Source: Zancudomyces culisetae HAW-14-8
Lineage: Eukaryota; Fungi; Kickxellomycota
NCBI GenBank assembly: GCA_052426225.1
Contig: JBNJNM010000013.1
Coordinates: 1,612,001-1,676,000, forward strand
Direction: 5' to 3'
DNA: 64,000 bases
In this document: positions 60,976-64,000 of the stretch, piece after piece
Numbering within the stretch: position 1 is the first letter of the stretch
Layout: every line of letters starts with the position of its first letter
Made by a program: the position numbers and the translations under genes
Notes under the pieces: model-generated
The model's database searches: none
Told to the model about the DNA's origin: nothing
Seen by the model: the letters and a program-made list of their open reading frames with translations, nothing else

Positions 60976-63713
60976 ATGGAGGAGATATTCGATTTCGGAA
61001 TATTCGGCCTTGGTCCTTTGGAGTCAATCTTGTCTAGGTAGGCCATTTTAAAATTGAGAATTGATACAACAATCACATGAAAAGCTAGATTTGCTGATAT
61101 TTTGGACATACTAGATTAACCCACCCTCTCATTTGTTTAAAATATACAAACAGCTTACTGTCCAAAGCCGGGTATAAAGTGTTTAATTATAGCGGGAAAC
61201 ACGAGTATGGAGAAGATTTGACAAGTTTGAACATTGATAAATTCGTAGAGGAAATAAAGACTAATGGTAAAATGCGTATTTTTTAAATTTCAACAAGGAA
61301 TTGTTGATATTATGCTTTAGCAAGAACAACGATTATACGAGTAACCAAAATAAAAATTCTAAACCGACACAAACTGTACCACACTACTAGCATATAGATA
61401 TAAAAACTTGCAGATAGGGATAGGAGATCTTGAGACCTCGGTAGAATTTACGCGAAGAATCAACGAGAGCCCTGAAAATGGAATATTCAGTATTCTGACG
61501 GATTATTTGGCTGATGAATCCGAGACCCGAGACGAAACCGTCGAGAATGCGACAAAGGCAAAAATCCAAAAAGTTTTAGGAGAGGCATCCAAGCGGTATT
61601 ATTTAGAGTTATGGCCAAGACTAGTATTGTGCCGGAGCGATTTGATAGAGCTGTTGATTAGTAGTAATGTCGGGCAGTATATGGAATTTAGAGGATTAGA
61701 AGAAAATTTAATTCAATGGGACGGTGTATTAACAAAGGTAAGGATATTTGAGCTTGTTTAACCACAAATAAAAAGAAGAAAAGCGAGGAGAAGAAAAAAA
61801 GAGATCTTTCGTATAGACACTTTATTATGGAGTATATTGGTGCAATCATAATAATTCCAATTAGAATATACCAATAATCATTATCGTCACTGTGACTGAC
61901 TTTTTGAAAACTAGAATTAACAGAGAATGAATAATAATAATAATGAATAGGTACCCGATTCTAAACAAGCAATATTTTCTGATCCACACTTAAATTTAAA
62001 AGAGAGGCTGCAGCTATCAAAATTTATAAAGTTTGTTCAAGGATACAAGCTAGAAGCAGACAATCAAGAACGAGACAATAGCAACGCTGGGACTTTTTAC
62101 GAGCTTCTGAAGAACAAATACAACTTGAGCGAAAGAACGATATTTGCATTGAGTTACAACATATGTGCAGAAGGCAGAGTGAATAGTATTAGTGAACAAG
62201 AAGGGTGCGAGGCATTTTTGAAATATGTGGGGTCGATAGGGAGATATGGAAAAATGGCATATTTATATCCAATGTATGGAGGAGGATCGGAGCTATCGCA
62301 GGCATTTTGTAGGTAAGTGCAGTAAAATCTAGAGCCATTTCATGTATTTAGGCGATGAGAGAAGCTGTTTTGAAAAAGAGGTTTGAAGGGAGAGAAGGGG
62401 GGAAGAGAGAAGAGAGAAGAGAGAGAATAACAAATTTGTTTTTATCGATTTGGATATAATAAAATCTAGATCGGCTGCTGTATCTGGAGGAGTTTTCATG
62501 ATGGGGACAGAGATAAAAAATATTGAGGAGTGCACCTCAGAAAATGGTGCAGTTGAGGATAAGAGTAGAGGCGGATTTAGGGTAGAGTTCGAAGGAGATA
62601 TCAAGATCAAAATGAACAGGATAATAAGCAATGAAAATTATGGGGCTCTGTTTACTGAAATGAAAGGCAAGACTAGGTAAATAAATAATAATTAGAATGT
62701 GAAAACGTGACTATTTACATCAATGAACATCATGCGTAGAAAACAAGTAAATCTATTGCTAAATAGTAACAAGAACGGTAAAGGAAAAACAATTGGAAAA
62801 TCATACGTAAGAGCAGTTGTGGTGTTTGAGGGACAAGGTATACAGGATATGAATTTAGGGCTTGTGACAGTTCCCAGAATTGGTGGTGTGGTATTGGAGT
62901 ATCCAATATATATACTACAGACGACGAGCGAGACAAGGAACAGTCCCAATGGCAAATGTAATTGAAAAAAAAACACTAGTATTTAGTTATTTATAATATC
63001 AATTATCCATTCTTCAAAGTAAAAAATAATAATTAACAACTGAACATTGAAAATGGTGTAGCAATACTATATGGCTGGATGGAATGTAAAGAAACCAATG
63101 AACAGAGTGATTACGAAACGCTGCGAAAAGGAATAAATGAGGTTGTTGGCTCATCAGTAGCACAAACAGACAAAAAAGGCAAAGCAAAGTCCAAAGCTCA
63201 AGATATTGATACGCAAAAGCGAGCGATGAGAGCGAGTGAACAGGGTGAAGCCGGTAAGGACGAGGATTCAGATGTGGATTCAGATTTAGATTTGGATTTA
63301 GATTCTGACTCCGATTATGACTTGGATTCCGAGATCGATCAAGGAAGTGAGGTGGAAGATGGGATTTTATGTGGCTCCAAGTCTTTGGGTATTGAAACGC
63401 AAACAGGTAAGAAAACAATGATGGACCTTCATTTCTCTGGATGAAAAAATAAAATAAAAATTGCGGAGATATAGATATAAACTAATTTGCAACAATCTTT
63501 ATAAAAATAGATGAAAGTAAACAAAGCAGTGTAATTCTTTCGATTTTCTATACAAGTAATGAATACCACACACCAAAGCTGACAGAAGCAAACATTGCGG
63601 AGATGACTCGAGGATCTGTTATATTGACTGAAATTGGTCTTGGCTCGACTATTCACTTTGGAGATTTGGCGGGAATAGCGACTGAGTATATGCATAATTT
63701 GGTGCAGGAATAA
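60976..63713 (+). CDS. MRS6: Rab escort protein (REP/Mrs6, GDI superfamily), multi-exon
   Basis: MEEIFDFGIFGLGPLESILS|LLSKAGYKV (GDI N-terminus), RYYLELWPRLVLCRSDLIELLISSNVGQYMEF, VPDSKQAIFSD, GSIGRYGKMAYLYPMYGGGSELSQAFCR|SAAVSGG. AFCR is REP-type rather than GDI GFAR. Stop TAA at 63711-63713. Confidence 0.88.
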
Positions 63714-63732
63714 GGGTTACGACATTCTCTTG

Positions 63733-63756
63733 AACCTTAACCTTAACCTTAACCTT
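63733..63756. repeat. (AACCTT)4 hexamer repeat
   Basis: Four perfect units 20 nt after the REP stop codon. Confidence 0.85.
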
Positions 63757-64000
63757 TGCTTTTATATCTATCATGTTTACAGAATTTTGGTAGTATTGAT
63801 CGATTCAGTTTGGTAATACAGTTTGGATGCCATTTTTTTCCTTTCTTTTTTTTAATTAGCAACATTTCTTTTACCAATGAATTGGAATAGTTTGGTGGGA
63901 TTACTGTTTTTTTTTTTCAATTCCGAAAAACCAATGAAATAAGAAAACAATACAGCAAATACATATACAATGTAGTTTTTCTTTTTCTTTTTCTTTTTAG

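Noticed and set aside
63733-63756. Telomere or telomere seed
   Set aside because: Only four units in a 3' UTR with ordinary sequence continuing; the species telomere repeat is unknown

Overview
AT-rich eukaryotic DNA with short GT-AG introns, a Fungal_trans-type protein and an AA11 LPMO. This is a fungus, and by inference an early-diverging one such as an insect-gut Kickxellomycotina. The left third is mobile-element rich. It holds the 3' part of a Ty3/Gypsy pol (RNase H plus integrase, three in-frame stops) followed by about 3 kb of structured sequence ending at tRNA-Ile(AAT). A related ~3.7 kb block ends at tRNA-Val(AAC), and there is also a LINE RT relic and several secreted-protein genes. 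The middle has an F-box-like/ankyrin gene with a pseudogenised paralog, secreted proteins and a transcription factor. The right end has housekeeping genes: the NUG1/GNL3 GTPase, a bHLH-zipper factor and a Rab escort protein. The main finding is that both retroelement-associated 3' regions (about 1770-4760 and 17120-20840) are mosaics of recurring RNA modules that fold on the + strand. These are (i) at least 7 ENE-like U-rich internal-loop hairpins, (ii) a covarying pseudoknot in 3-4 copies, (iii) a GGTTCAGGAC multi-helix module in 3 copies, and (iv) a RAC-loop-GTY-RTATAG junction in at least 12 copies. Each array ends just upstream of a tRNA gene. This is a candidate undescribed RNA processing/stabilisation cassette carried by retroelements. 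All structures were derived by eye and need computational and experimental confirmation.
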